Below are positions 63,402 through 64,000 of a stretch of DNA of 64,000 nucleotides, one piece after another (the first letter of the stretch is position 1; every line of letters begins with the position of its first letter). Below the pieces are notes generated by a model. It did no database searches, was not told the origin of the DNA, and worked only from the letters and a program-made list of their open reading frames with translations. The stretch is from Thermomicrobiales bacterium. Lineage in GTDB: Bacteria > Chloroflexota > Chloroflexia > Thermomicrobiales > UBA6265. Made by a program: the position numbers and the translations under genes. The stretch lies in the NCBI GenBank assembly GCA_965218235.1, contig OZ244595.1, positions 96,108-160,107 of the forward strand. Direction: 5' to 3'.

Positions 63402-64000
63402 AGGAGAGACATCGGGGCGTGGTCGCGCAGGGCGGCAATGAGGCGGCCGTCACCGATGGCGGCAAGGGTCACGCCACGTTCCCGGCCTCCGAGGTCCGCC
63501 AGTTCGGTATTCGCGAGCCAGCCGAAGACGCCGGCCAGCTGCCGGACGAGCGCGAGTCCGTAGTCCCGTTCCAGTTGCATCCGGCTGTAGTCGCTCACCC
63601 CGGCGGCGAGCAGGCCGTCGTAGTAGCTGGCGAGCAGGCCGGCTTCGACATCGGTGCGGTTGGCAACGTCCAGTGCGCCAGACAGGCAGGCCGCAAGGTC
63701 GACGACCGCCGGCCCAACACCGACCGTCTGCCAGTCCGTGATGATCGGAGTCGCCGCCGTAGTGGCGTCCCGGAAGGCGATGTTGTCGAGGTGGAGGTCG
63801 CCGTGGATCAGCGTCCGCGGGGCGGCCGACAGGGCGTCGAGCACCCGCTGGTAGGCGCCGTCCGCCAGCCAGGCAAGGAGTGCCTGGATGTCCGCCGGGA
63901 AGGTCGCGACGACGTGATCCGGCAGGCGAACGACGTTGCGCCGGAGCCGGACCTGGGCGGCGGCGTGATCGCCGGTCCAGCCCGCCAGCCACGGCATCGG
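63377..64000 (-). CDS. phosphotransferase enzyme family protein (APH/CHK-like kinase), C-terminal part; 5' end beyond the window
   Basis: It has the catalytic loop LIHGDLHLDNIAF and ITDWQTVGVG (DxD-like region). The N-lobe is missing, so the gene must continue past 64000. Confidence 0.75.
   Translation of the reverse strand, partial: PMPWLAGWTGDHAAAQVRLRRNVVRLPDHVVATFPADIQALLAWLADGAYQRVLDALSAAPRTLIHGDLHLDNIAFRDATTAATPIITDWQTVGVGPAVVDLAACLSGALDVANRTDVEAGLLASYYDGLLAAGVSDYSRMQLERDYGLALVRQLAGVFGWLANTELADLGGRERGVTLAAIGDGRLIAALRDHAPMSLLSGPEGTG

Noticed and set aside
1-64000. CRISPR arrays, tRNA/rRNA genes, IS elements, integrases, prophage or known defence-system genes
   Set aside because: I found no regularly spaced direct repeats and no tRNA-like T-arm strings (GGTTCGAATCC-type). 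No transposase, integrase, reverse transcriptase or restriction-like motifs appear in any convincing ORF. The only mobile-like signal is the short hairpin repeat family reported above.

Overview
High-GC (about two thirds G+C by eye), gene-dense chromosomal segment with about 60 protein-coding genes. I found no rRNA, tRNA, CRISPR array, transposase, integrase or phage genes. The gene content and regulatory signals fit a Chloroflexota (Thermomicrobia-like) or actinobacterial-type genome, and I cannot decide which. Those signals are a T-box leader, a GAAC-N4-GTTC SOS box, three luciferase-like (LLM/F420-type) oxidoreductases and a CoxSLM-like molybdoenzyme operon.

Recognisable blocks:
- OmpR/HK two-component system
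- amidohydrolase/phosphotransferase/GNAT genes and ferrochelatase
- ABC-2 exporter
- MFS transporter, formyltransferase and S9 peptidase
- DtxR-RadC
- divergent arsR / P1B-ATPase / czcD metal operon
- T-box-controlled type-2 aspS
- assorted SDR, AKR, ThuA, cupin, LLM, GDPD and Gfo/Idh/MocA metabolic genes
- XRE-cupin regulator
- AlkA-like glycosylase
- secreted YpfJ-like metallopeptidase, a J-domain protein and a 1084-aa BNR/Asp-box propeller protein
- xanthine-dehydrogenase-family three-subunit operon
- TetR with divergent small membrane proteins
- ftsY-ffh followed by an atypical ZnuA-like lipoprotein
- MFS, LigB-like and MgtC genes
- GDE-like glucosidase and a CMD-domain gene pair

I did not recognise a defence or mobile system. 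The observations most worth a second look are:
- a T-box riboswitch in front of an aspS gene that carries an in-frame TAG
- two more ORF-breaking lesions: a czcD frameshift, and a LuxR-type gene with an in-frame TGA plus an internal duplication
- a promoter with an embedded LexA box at the window start
- a family of C-rich/G-rich hairpin elements, seen in five intergenic regions
- an XRE-cupin regulator fused to an FtsK-gamma-like winged helix
- a ZnuA-fold lipoprotein in which all canonical metal ligands appear replaced
- an inverted duplication of a kinase gene 3' end

All homology calls rest on motif recognition by eye, with no database search. Many long ORFs in the track are antisense or alternate-frame artefacts of high GC and were discarded.
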